Assembly: GCA_964016885.1 (NCBI GenBank)
Contig: OZ024741.1
Location: 369,086,001 to 369,150,000 of the forward strand
DNA from: Eledone cirrhosa
Lineage: Eukaryota
Reading direction: 5' to 3'
DNA length: 64,000 nt
Position 1 is the stretch's first letter; each line of letters starts with the position of its first letter. The notes beneath the pieces were generated by a model that did no database searches, had not been told where the DNA came from, and saw only the letters and a list, made by a program, of their open reading frames with translations. A program made the position numbers and the translations under genes. Of the stretch, positions 53,234-64,000 are shown one piece after another.

Positions 53234-53415
53234 TGTTTCTACTTTAGGCACAGGGCCAGCAAATTACCCAGTGCATTACTGGTACTTTATTTTATCGACC
53301 CCGTAAGGATGAAAGGCAAAGTCAACCTCGGCGGGATTTGAACTCAGATCGTAAAGGGACGTAACTATGCTGGAAAGCATGGCCTCCGACCCTCTACCGA
53401 TACTGCCAATCCACC
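53234..53415 (-). mobile_element. SINE family A with 18-bp TSD
   Basis: ACATCTATGTTTAATAAT at 53216-53233 and 53416-53433. Confidence 0.93.
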
Positions 53416-53476
53416 ACATCTATGTTTAATAATATTACGTAATTATTTATAGCTCTTATTACATTAAACATAGATG

Positions 53477-55536
53477 TGTAGTAGGAGTTGCCTCCCTTGT
53501 TGTGACACTCGCATCATCAATAGATTAACGCTCTCTAGACAGGAAGTAGAACCCTTTCTGTAACTTCCGGTCAGACCCTATAAAGGGAACAACTTTAAGC
53601 TCCCTACCTCTCATTTGCCTTTTCGGCTCCTGGCCTTCGGCCAGCCGTCTTCTGCCAGCCGTCTTCTGCCAGCCGTCTTCTGCCAGGCGCTTTCGCCTGG
53701 CAACCAAAACGGTAACTAATAACTTTGCTTCATTCTTTCATCTATTCATTGACATGTCAACTATACTGTTCTATATATCCACAAATTGTTGATTAAATAT
53801 TATACACACAAACAACGTCTCCATGTTATACTTATACAACCCAGTATCTTGTTATAAGTGGTGACCCCGAAAAAAGAAAACAATAGCAGAATCTGGTGTT
53901 GTGTGAGTAACATTACGAATACGCAGCAAATTTTATTGACAAACTATGAAAATACGCAGTCAAAGAAACGAACACACACACATGTGAAATTCTCGTTCAG
54001 ACAGACTCTTTTTTCTCTCACGCATCAACTAACTATCGCATTTCACTGTATATATATATATATATATATGTTTTTCGTTGCTTTCTTACAACGAACACTT
54101 TAAAAACAAAAAAAAGAAATTGATTTTCTTTTTTAAACATTTCAACAGGAACATTTATTTTCGATGAATCTCAACTATTGCCTTTTTTTCATCGTTTTCT
54201 TTATCGTTCAAGTTTTTTTCAAAGTTCACACCAAAAAAAAAAAATTGAACTCGCCATATTTGTTATACTAAGTGAAGCCTTTCTTTCTTTTTCATCATTG
54301 TCACTTTCACACACACATTTTTTCAAAATGGCTGCCAACGACCTGTTGCACTATCATTTTCGCCCCATTTTCTCGCACAATAGAAATATTTTTTTTTCAA
54401 CTTAACCTTGTATTGGCACGTGTAGGCTGCACAATTCTCTATTCACTGAGATAGCCGCACGCCATGAGATAACGTTTCTCGCCAAGGATTCTCCAGCCTT
54501 CAGCTATATTCTCCTATTTGCCGGTTTAAAAATTTACCACGTAAATTTACCGTTGAAAACTGCGCATTTATTCAGAATGCTTATTTCTTTGGTCGCTGGC
54601 CTCTTGACCCTTCCAGGTCAACGCATTCTCAACATCGACCATAAACTTCGGCTGTTATTTCTAGCACTTTGCGCAACTCATTTTTTCTAAAAAAAGAAAT
54701 GTTTACTGTGAATTTAAACATCGAATACGCTCACTCCGCGAGACAACAACATCACCAACAACACAGCTTCATCAACAACCAACACCAGCAGAACAAGCCA
54801 GAGAATTTATTTTTGCAGCACTCTTCCTGTGAGAAAATCCATTCGGAGGTTGGAAATTTCACGTTATACCACAGAACAGAAACTACCTGCATTCATTCTC
54901 TGGAACACTCTTTACTGCTGTCATGTGATTGCACACCTGTGAACTCTATTTTGAACATTTGAACTTTGAGCTCTTCTCTTACTTTGATTACATTGTATCT
55001 TTGGGTGATGGATAGATAGATGTCCAGTCGTTCTCTGGCCAAGAGCGGTTGGCTACCTTGATATCTATCATTGATTTTTGCAAACATTTTTTTTCGTAAT
55101 TTTCATGCCTGTTACAACATTCTCGCCAACTTACTACATACATATTTCATTCGATTTTTATATTTTAAAAATCTGGCGGGGGGTAATGTAGCAGGAGTTG
55201 CCTCCCTTGTTGTGACATCACCAATAGATTAACGCATCACCAATAGATTAACGATCTCTAGACAGGAAGTAGAACCCTTTCTGTAACTTCCGGTCAGACC
55301 CTATAAAGGGAACAACTTTAAGCTCCCTATCTCTCATTTGCCTTTTCGGCCAGCCGTCTTCTGCCAGGCGCTTTCGCCTGGCAACCAAAACGGTAACTAA
55401 TAACTTTGCTTCATTCTTTCATCTATTCATTGACATGTCAACTATACTGTTCTATATATCCACAAATTGTTGATTAAATATTATACACACAAACAACGTC
55501 TCATGTTATATTCATACACACCAGTATTTTGTTATA
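53477..55536 (+). mobile_element. Non-autonomous LTR retrotransposon (CsRn1-type cis signals, no coding capacity)
   Basis: LTRs at 53477-53856 and 55187-55536; PBS TGGTGACCCCGA (tRNA-Trp) at 53859; PPT GGCGGGGGG; 4-bp TSD GATG; 1.3-kb interior without a gag/pol ORF. Confidence 0.92.
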
Positions 55537-56245
55537 GATGTATTTATTGTGATATTTTTAAAGGATGCCACAGAATGTACGATAGATAATGACTACAATA
55601 TTTTTGAGTAACAACTCTAGTCCCACACTTTTGAAGGTTTATTATAACATTCAGTGGCTCTTTTGAGCTTGCGCATTTTTCATGTCTAGTTTAATATTTT
55701 TTTAAGGCAACGCTTGTAATAACTCTAGTTAAACATGATATATATTAATAATAAATTATCGTTGTAATGTAATTAGATTATATAATTGTTATTATAAATG
55801 ATCTTATAAATATTAGTGTAAGATGTATAAAAATATTTTCAGACTTTTAATATAAACAAGAACAAAAATCAATCAATATTAAATCAATATATTATACATA
55901 ATAGAAAACATAAAATAAATAAACAATATAAAAATAAAATATTTACATACAATTGCAATTATCAGTCTATATAAATTTTCTTTATTCCCTGAGCAAATTA
56001 ATGAGATTTGTTCTTATTGCACATAATTTGATGACTTTTTGGAGTGTATTAAAAGATAACAATTTGTGATTAAATTGTTATCTTAAGCAACTCTCTTTTT
56101 AATAGTTGTTGGCTGAGCGAAATTGGAAAAGCCTATGAGCAAATATTTTAAAAAATACACAAACTACATTTCCCTGTATTGTTGCAACATTAGATAAAAT
56201 AATTGAGCAATGTCGTGAGATTTTGCTCTTATTGCACATTAATAG

Positions 56246-56412
56246 TGTTTCTATTTTTCGGCACAAAGCCATTACCGCAGTCCATTACTGGTACTTTATT
56301 TTATCGAACTGGTAAGGATGAAAGGCAAAGTTAACCTCGGCGGGATTTGAACTTAGAACGCAAAGGGACATAACAAGGCTGCAAAGCATGGTGTCTGACG
56401 CTCTACCAATAC
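56246..56412 (-). mobile_element. SINE family A (plus a second fragment at ~56560-56613)
   Basis: TTACTGGTACTTTATTTTATCGA...GGATGAAAGGC(A/G)AAGTTAA consensus. Confidence 0.85.
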
Positions 56413-56861
56413 TTGTGTTGAGCTGGTCACCAATTTGTGGTGGTCGTGCGTGGAGTAGAACAACAAACGCTAGTCGAAATAGTATGAACAAAACATTTTT
56501 ATTTGTCGAAGAATATATTTTCAATACTGTTTGTGAATGGGCATCTACTTATAGTGACAGTGTATTACTGGTACTTTATTTTATCGACCCCGTAAGGATG
56601 AAAGGCGAAGTTAATACTGACAATAATGCAAATGTGTAATAGTGAAAATTTGCGCCTTTTCAATAATTTATCATCTGCTCACGTTGCATTAAAGGGAAAT
56701 AACTCGTCTCTCAACTGTATTTAAACATTTTAACTGAAACATCAATATTACACATTCGATTTGAAATTTTTTTTGACTGATCTCTCCGCTGGAGCTTAAT
56801 CTATAAGTTTAGATGTGTGGCGACCGTTTTAGTAGAGAGACAGACAGACAGACAACTTCAG

Positions 56862-56919
<58 letters not shown>

Positions 56920-57663
56920 AAGATTTTTAAAAGCATGTGACACAAATTTTTACAATGTTTTTAGAAAAATTATTTTTACAAATATTTACAAACAAAGTGC
57001 AGTTTGTATTACAATCGGAACACTGTCTATACTCGATTGCAATATATAAAGAGGAACAAGATACAAAGAGATATTTCTTTATTTGACACAAGAGCGCACA
57101 AAAATGGGACATTACAGAACATATACGCTATTTTGAAGTGTTTAAACATTTTTTACAAACAAAAATTTAGAATCGTTTTGTACAAACAATAAATTAAAAA
57201 ATATTTGTACAAACTTTTACGATAGACTTTCATCTTATCTATTGACCGCCCAACCCTAACCCTAACGTCAATATATTACATTTGTTTTAAAAATAGTTAA
57301 TATAAATTTTAAAAAATCATATAACGACGAAATAACAAAAATAAATAAACTAGGAAAACAAACAAAAAACATGGCGGATGCTTTTGAACAACACTTATTC
57401 TGATTGGTTGAAAATTAGCCAATGGCATGTAATCACCACGGCCACGGCCAAACCTTGAAAAAAATTGACGATCTACACATATATGTTAGAACACTAAAGT
57501 AACTTAAGCATTCTGTTGTTATTCACTCCGTGTCTAACATATATATATATATGGATATATTATATGTGTATGTGAGTGTATATAGGTTATATATGTGTGT
57601 GTGTATGGGTTTATGTACGGGTGTGTGTATCAATTAGTTTGTATATGTACGTATGTATACTTT

Positions 57664-57736
57664 TGTTTACATCCATATGTGTTTACATCCATATGTGTTT
57701 ACATCCATATGTGTTTACATCCATATGTGTTTACAT
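57664..57736. repeat. 16-bp tandem repeat (GTTTACATCCATATGT) x ~4.5
   Basis: Directly visible. Confidence 0.9.
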
Positions 57737-58223
57737 TAAGAGGAAAGGAGCCATATACTGGTTTATTGTGTATAGATATCAAATGCATATAGAAGAATGT
57801 GTATAAATGCACATAGAAGAATGTGTATATATGTGTGTATGTATGTATATATATATATATGTATACATATATATATATTTATATAGAGAGAGAAAATGTG
57901 AAGTTGGAAGTAGCACGGAAAATATATTTTAGGGTCTGTTTTTCTTTTCCTTTCTTTGATTCCTCAAAGTGACATTATTGAAAAAATGAGAGGGACAATT
58001 CTTTTAAAAAAAGAGTTTTATAATGTATATAAAGTATTACTGGTTTTGATGTATTAGTAAAATTCATCTTATCAAATGTTGAGTATTACAATTAAAAAGA
58101 ATTACTAAGAATTATAAACTAAAAATTAAAGATTTAAAATTAAGAGGTAAGTTTTTTCATTTTCTTTTTTGAAAAGGGGACTAGAGAATGAACTCTATGT
58201 ATATGTGTATATATATATATAAC

Positions 58224-58450
58224 ATCATTATCATCATCATCACCGTTTTTATGTCCTTCTTCTGCACTAGCATGGGTTAGACGGGTTGTCCTGTTGTAGG
58301 TAGTGTCAGGTCAGCTGACCTTGTCTTGCTCATACGGGAACTGATTCTGGCTTGATTTCTACAGCTGGATGCCCTTCCTAACACCAACCTCGTTTACAGT
58401 GAGTGCTAGGTGCTTTTTTCCATGGCGCCTACACGTCCACTTTACAGTAG
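58224..58450 (-). mobile_element. RTE 3'-UTR fragment
   Basis: Reverse complement of the 31510-31733 UTR, including GGATGCCCTTCCT and (CAT)n. Confidence 0.85.
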
Positions 58451-58469
58451 AATGATATGGACCCAAGTC

Positions 58470-58612
58470 CCTATCATCTCATTTCTACAGCTGAGTAAAC
58501 TGGAGCAATGTGAAATAAAGTATCTTGCTCAAGGAAACAACACATCACCCAGTCTGAGAATGGAACTCACAACTTTTCGATTGTAAGCCCAATGCTCTAA
58601 CCACTAAGCCAT
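58470..58612 (-). mobile_element. SINE family B with tRNA-like head
   Basis: Minus strand CATGGCTTAGTGGTTAGAGC (A box) ... GAGTTCCATTC (B-box-like), followed by a body shared with 24717-24865. Confidence 0.75.
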
Positions 58613-58620
58613 GTGTCTTC

Positions 58621-59412
58621 ATATGTATGTGTATATATGTATATATATGTATATATGTGTGTGTGTGTGTGTGTATTTATCAAAGACACATGAGAATACA
58701 CAGCCAGAACAAAGCAATGGAAAGTACCAGAAGAGCCTACAGTTGCAATGTATGTGCCAGAGGGTGAACATCTTTGGCTGTTTTAAAGAGCCACATTCGT
58801 GCCTCACATTTTTGAGCATTTTATCAATGTTCCAATGTGAGTTTGCAGCCATCATGTATGTATATGTATGTGTCTGTGTGTGATTGTAAAGACTTGATCA
58901 TTTGGTAGACTTTAAGCCACTTAAAGAAAATCCTTTTGTCTGCTTAACATAATTGAACCTTGAAGAAAAAAAAAATGTGTGTGTGTGTGTAATTGTAGAC
59001 ACCTCACCATTTTTGCAGACCTTACCATCCTTTAGCAGAGCATTTTAATATTGCCACTTAATGAAAACCCTTTGTTTGCTTAGAATAAATGAACCTTGAA
59101 AATTAGGAGTGCCTGTCAAGGTGTATGGGTTTGTATCACTATGTATTTTTCTCTAAATATAGATTTTTCAAAGAATCCTTATTCTTTAAATCTATCAGTC
59201 AATGACCTCCACCCATCCCAATCACCACCCTCCCCTGCCACCAGAAAATGTATAAATACCACCATATTACATTGACAGTCGGCTTTCCTTATTATTTCCT
59301 TTGATGAAACTGTTCTAGTCCTGTAGAAGCCATTTCTATATTAAATATTTATACTCTGCTATGTATTGAGTACCTTACCTACTGTGGTTACCTCCGATTG
59401 AACCCGGGATAC

Positions 59413-59424
<12 letters not shown>
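58621..59424. repeat. Right arm of the long inverted repeat (partner 51247-52093)
   Basis: Reverse complement of the left arm at 51247-52093. Confidence 0.92.
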
Positions 59425-59469
<45 letters not shown>

Positions 59470-59474
<5 letters not shown>

Positions 59475-60050
59475 TTGTAATAAAATGAAAACGAAATTTC
59501 ATTTCTCACTCTTAGTACGGCACTTACTTAAATGTAAGTATGTATGTATGCTACTGTACGTCTGTATACATATATGTATGCACGTATACATACATACTTA
59601 CATTTAAGTAAGTGCCGTACTAAGAGTGAGAAATGAAATTTCGTTTTCATTTTATTACAACTTATCGTTTTCGGTACGCCTGGCCGAACTCACTCGATAT
59701 GCAAATTAGGCTGCTCAGCCGTTAATTTTCATAAGGAAAGTATATACTTTCGAACGTTCAACCATCTGGCAGAAGGGTATACGGTGCTGATGATAGCTAA
59801 CAAGCTTGAAACTAGTACATCGTTCCTGTGTCAGTGTTGAACAAAAAGGTGACGTGGTTGCCTTAACACCGTACGGCATAAATTCAGGCTGTTCAGTTTG
59901 TTTACAAACGAACAAAGCGGGCGTTATAATAAGCGTCCGCTAAACTGATACGTACATATATGTATGTGTACCTGTATGTATATATATATATATATATATG
60001 CATGCTACTGTACGTCTGTATACATATATGTATGCACGTATACATACATA

Positions 60051-60054
<4 letters not shown>
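59470..60054 (+). mobile_element. Retrozyme/Penelope-like non-coding unit: 80-bp inverted leader plus a 454-nt terminally redundant monomer with one hammerhead
   Basis: 59470-59549 is the reverse complement of 59586-59665; 53-bp direct repeat at 59548-59600 and 60002-60054; HH7 inside; flanked by (TA)n on both sides. Confidence 0.7.
59781..59823 (+). ncRNA. Minimal type-I hammerhead motif (HH7), 43 nt
   Basis: ACGGTG CTGATGA T-AGCT-AACA-AGCT-T GAAA CTAG TA CATCGT; palindromic stem III ACTAGT; GUA site. Confidence 0.85.
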
Positions 60055-60102
<48 letters not shown>

Positions 60103-60110
60103 CATAAATA

Positions 60111-60389
60111 TACTCATTAGTTAAGCAAAACAAGACCGCAAATTTCACAAGGAAGACATTATTTTGAGATTGTCAACATAGTTTTAGTTTAATGCAAGGA
60201 ATGTAAAGAATAATAATAATAATACTAATAATGTCCGTTTACAATTGTTTTGCTACTCCATATCTGGATCAAATGATTATAGATTATTATTCTTTACATT
60301 CCTTACATTAAACTAAAACTATGTTGACAATCTTAAAATAATGTCTTCCTTGTGAAATTTGTGGTCTTGTTTTGCTTAACTAATGAATA
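60111..60389. repeat. Inverted repeat, ~105-bp arms with ~65-bp spacer
   Basis: CATTAGTTAAGCAAAACAAGACC... / ...GGTCTTGTTTTGCTTAACTAATG with a few mismatches. Confidence 0.9.
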
Positions 60390-60629
60390 TTTCCAGCTCT
60401 GTGCACCTAACCTCTGCATGAACCCAGTCACCTAGCTGCCTTCAACTGCATATTGCACATTGAGCACATGCCTTTAAGCTTTGGCTTCTAACTAATTCAC
60501 CAATCTCTCTTCTCCTCTCCTATCTCCATCTCTCTCTTTAAGATTGGTTACTCTTGAACTGTGTATATATAAATATATATATATATTAATTCAAAATATT
60601 AACAAAATAAATATTCTTGTGATCAATTA

Positions 60630-60696
60630 TATTTTATTATACATATTTCAGAGGTACTGAGTTAAGTTTAACAGTACGTCCTCATCAGATAAAATA
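60630..60696 (-). ncRNA. Minimal type-I hammerhead motif (HH8)
   Basis: Reverse complement of HH9. Confidence 0.78.
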
Positions 60697-60784
60697 GGAT
60701 GATGCATGACATACCCTGACATAGTAGATGGTTAAGATTCAGCCATGACTGAATCTTAACCATCTACTATGTCATGCATCAACC

Positions 60785-60851
60785 TATTTTATCTGATGAG
60801 GACGTACTGTTAAACTTAACTCAGTACCTCTGAAATATGTATAATAAAATA
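60785..60851 (+). ncRNA. Minimal type-I hammerhead motif (HH9)
   Basis: TATTTTAT CTGATGA GGACGTACTG...CAGTACCTCT GAAA TATGTA TA ATAAAATA; 8-bp stem I. Confidence 0.8.
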
Positions 60852-61048
60852 TAATTGATCACAAGAATATCTATTTTGTTAATATTTTGAATTAATATTA
60901 ATAACTCTGGAAAACCTTTCAGTTGAGTGCTTCCAATCTATTGTAAAACTCATTCTTTGATGTATTCATTGAACCTTGTTTAACTTTTAAATAAATATAT
61001 ATATATATATATACATATATATATAGGAAAAGGAATGACCCCGACGGC

Positions 61049-61114
61049 AGAGCTCAAGCCGTTTCGACGGCTATTTCTCAATCCAGAAATAGCCGTCGAA
61101 ACGGCTTGAGCTCT
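61049..61114. repeat. Perfect 30-bp-arm hairpin with 6-nt loop
   Basis: AGAGCTCAAGCCGTTTCGACGGCTATTTCT CAATCC AGAAATAGCCGTCGAAACGGCTTGAGCTCT. Confidence 0.95.
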
Positions 61115-61118
61115 ATCG

Positions 61119-64000
61119 GGGAGGGCTCTGTAGAAACAGTAGACAGCTTCTGCTACCTAGGTGACCGAATTAGAGGTCACCTAGGTAGCAGAAGATGTCT
61201 ACTGTTTCTACAGAGCCCTCCCAGAGATTGGTGGTACTTGTTTCCTGTGGCTGTTTGCTGCTTGCTGTCCCAGCACAGCTGCTACATGTGAAGCCTACAT
61301 TCTTAATTAAGCTTCCTGAGATCCCGCTACATCTCTTGTGTACCCATTGTTTGCATATGGGGCAGAGAATGGAGTTCCTACCTACACCTTTCCTACATAC
61401 TGAGCAAGGCCATTTCCTTGAGGGGATCTGGGTTCTGTTTTCTCGTCTACTTACAAGGACCTTAGTCTTTGTCATGTTGACTTTGAGACCCTTTCTTTCT
61501 AGTCCCTGCTTCCAAGTTTGGAATTTCTACTTTAGTTCTACCATAGATTCAGCTATAAGTGCGAGGTCATCTGCATACAGGAGTTCCCATGGGCATCCGG
61601 TCTTAAACTCCTCCGTTATTGCCTGCAGGACTATGATGAACAAGAGAGGGCTAAGAACAGAGCTGTGGTGGAGACCAACCTGTACGCTAAATTCCTCACT
61701 ATACTCATTGCTAATCCTAACTTTGCTGACTGCTCCCCTATACATGGCTTGTACAGCTTTCACAAGCTATTCATCTACTCCTAGTTTTCTAAGAGCCCAC
61801 CAGATTACAGTACGTGGAACTCTGTCAAAGGCTTTCTCGAGATCGACGAATGCCAGGTAGAGTGGCTTACTTTTAGCTAGGTACTTTTCCTGTAACTGCC
61901 TCACAAGGAAGAGGGCATCAGTGGTGCCTCTTCCTGGTACAAACCCAAATTGCATCTCGTCTATTTTCACCCGGTCCCTAATCAACAGTGCTATAACTCT
62001 TGCTGTTACTTTCATGACCTGGTCCATCAGCTTTATACCTCTATAGTTTCCTCTATCTAGTGCATCACCTTTACCTTTGTAGCAGTTGACAATGATGCTA
62101 CTGCACCAATCTTTTGGTATGACACCTAGTATTACCTGGTTAACAATATGTGTGGTTATAGTGTGACCTACAGACCCAGATGCCTTCAGCATCTCGGCAG
62201 CTATACCCGATGGACCGGTTGCCTTCCCCATCTTCATATCTTTGATTGCCTTACTTACTACGCTGCTGCTGACTTGTACTGCTGGCCCCTCTATAGGATC
62301 TATTTGGGGTAGGGTTTCTTCTTCCCATGCATTCTCCTCATTTAGTAATCTATCATAATGGCTCTTCCATGCATCTTTCTTCTCAGCACTTGTGAGGGCA
62401 AGCTCAGCTTTATCATTCCAGATACACTTCTCTCCAATGACATCACAATTCTCTCTTACACACTGCCTCGCAATCTTGAACACCTCCTGTTTCTGGTCCT
62501 CACGTTGCAAAACATGCTTGAATTTTCTATCCTCTGCTTCCCTCCTAGCTAAGTATACTTGATGCCTAGCTTCCCTCTTGATCTCTATGTAATGTACCCT
62601 GCTTCCCCCGTTCTTCCATTCTTTCCATGCCTGTCTCTTGGCCTTAACTGCCTCATCTACCTTATTGTTCCACCACCAAGTCACTCTCCTCCTGCTTGTG
62701 GTCTTACTTCAGCCACAGATCTCATCCGTCGCCTCTAGTAAGTTATTTTTTAGGAACTCCCAGTGGTCTTCTACATTGAATGTCTCTATCTGTTCTTCTT
62801 TACTGTCGTAGGCGTTGAGTAAAATATCTTTAAATCTTTTACTGGCTGAGGGGTCTTTCAGCTTCCACATCTTTCTTCTCCAGGTTGGCTTCTGTTTCCA
62901 GGTTCGTCTAGTTCTGACTGTGAGGTCGCTGACAACTAAGCTATGTTGGGAGGTACATTCCTCACTAGGGAAGGCTTTTGTGTTTACAACCGTCCATCTG
63001 TCACGTCCTCTGATGATAAAATCTATCTGACTAGAATGCTCCCCTGATCTATAGGTGATCAGGTGGTTGTTGGGTTTTTTGAAGTTTGTCGACATGTCAT
63101 TGGCGTCGCAGAATTCTAGAAGTCTGAATCCTTCTTCATTTCTTGTGCCAACCCCATGGCCTCCATGGACTCTATTGAAGCCGCCACAGTGTTTACCTAC
63201 GTGTCCGTTAAAATGATTAGGAAGTCATTGTTGTTTATTAGAGCAGTAGTGTGCATTAGGGACTCGTAAAACCTATCCACAAGTTCGTCTGGCAACCCCG
63301 ATTGGGGTGCGTAAGCTGATATTATTGTGGTAATTGTTTTATTCAGGACTAGTCTGAGTTTAATTATTCTTGCATTTACCCTGTACACTGAGATTACTTT
63401 ATCTACCCACTTGTCAGCTAGTAGTATACCTCCACCACCCATCCCATCGTCATTTGCCACCCAGAAAAATTTGTAGCACTGACTTTTTCCTACAAGGACT
63501 CTAGAAGACTCTCCTCTCCATCTAGTCTCTTGCACAAAGCATACATCAATTTCCTTTCGCTCTAGCATCTCTACAATTTCTCCTGCTCTTCCTTTCATTG
63601 TGCTTACATTGATGGTACCAACTCGGAGTTTTGGGCATTTGCCGACATTCGTAGGGAAGGGTCGATTTTTGCAGGGGTGTGTGTATGCTTCCTGTCTCTG
63701 AATTGGAGCTTCACATGGGTGGTTGGTAGCTCGCGGTTTCATATTCATTTTCATCTATTAATTCAGAGTTGCTTCAATTTATTCTCAGCTCATCCATACA
63801 TAACGGTAGGAAAATTCAGGGCTAGGAGAACAGTGGTGGTGGTAATAATGGCAGGGTGTGTTGGGCTGGGACGGGGGAGGAGAGAGTTAGGTAGTAGTAG
63901 AAATGGCAGGGTTTGTTGGGGTTAGTAGTGGGGGGTGGGCATGCTGAGGTTTGATTGGTCGAATAGGCTATGGTGGTGGGAGGGAAATTGTGAGGTAGGT
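61119..64000 (-). mobile_element. RTE-clade LINE 5' two-thirds (EN, RT, PHD-like finger), ending in a ~48-bp foldback
   Basis: VGTINVSTM, VQETRW, YAPQ, FVDLEKAFD, LLYADD, WPCSVC...WVHKRC. 61119-61166 is an inverted copy of 61175-61222. Confidence 0.93.

Larger units (their letters stand above)
53065..55690. mobile_element. Foldback/MITE element (long TIR arms, tiny spacer) disrupted by a SINE and an LTR element
   Basis: ACTAGACATGAAAAATGCGCAAGCTCAAAAGAGCCAC... at 53065 is the reverse complement of ...GTGGCTCTTTTGAGCTTGCGCATTTTTCATGTCTAGT at 55690; arms ~160 bp. Confidence 0.88.
60583..60898. repeat. Near-perfect palindrome (~150-bp arms, 6-nt loop at 60743-60748) with a hammerhead in each arm
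   Basis: ...GTTAAGATTCAG CCATGA CTGAATCTTAAC...; the right arm continues to ~60990 as the same family as 50230-50490. Confidence 0.92.

Noticed and set aside
56780-56920. Helentron/DINE-like end (GACA)n followed by (TA)n
   Set aside because: Suggestive only; no subterminal inverted repeats or boundaries could be established.
57250-57268. Telomeric (CCCTAA)n
   Set aside because: Only about 2-3 units; common inside non-autonomous DNA elements and too short to call.
61049-61114. Hairpin containing GAAAC as a hammerhead or rho-independent terminator
   Set aside because: No CUGANGA and no U-tract, and the context is eukaryotic. Reported only as a palindrome.

Overview
Eukaryotic, repeat-dominated animal DNA. 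The SINE and RTE repertoire and the (TA)n/(TG)n microsatellites suggest a cephalopod such as Octopus; this is inference. No host gene exon could be supported. Bases 1-23500 are a highly homogeneous array of about 280 copies of an 84-bp unit. The unit folds into a ~60-nt hairpin, has higher-order duplications, and is stop-free in one + frame apart from a single 1-nt insertion. Bases 23500-64000 are a nest of transposable elements: several RTE-clade LINE remnants carrying a PHD-like finger inside the RT, one near-full BovB/RTE-like LINE with three C-terminal zinc fingers, an internally deleted mariner, a CsRn1-lineage Gypsy element with a non-autonomous LTR relative, two tRNA-derived SINE families and several foldback elements. 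The signal the ORF track misses is at least nine minimal type-I hammerhead ribozyme motifs between 37.4 and 60.9 kb. They belong to several sequence families and sit in inverted or terminally redundant non-coding units; one lies downstream of a Penelope-like endonuclease C-terminal remnant. Together they look like a Penelope/retrozyme-type self-cleaving RNA system. Coordinates of degenerate TE fragments are approximate, and all structures were read by eye.
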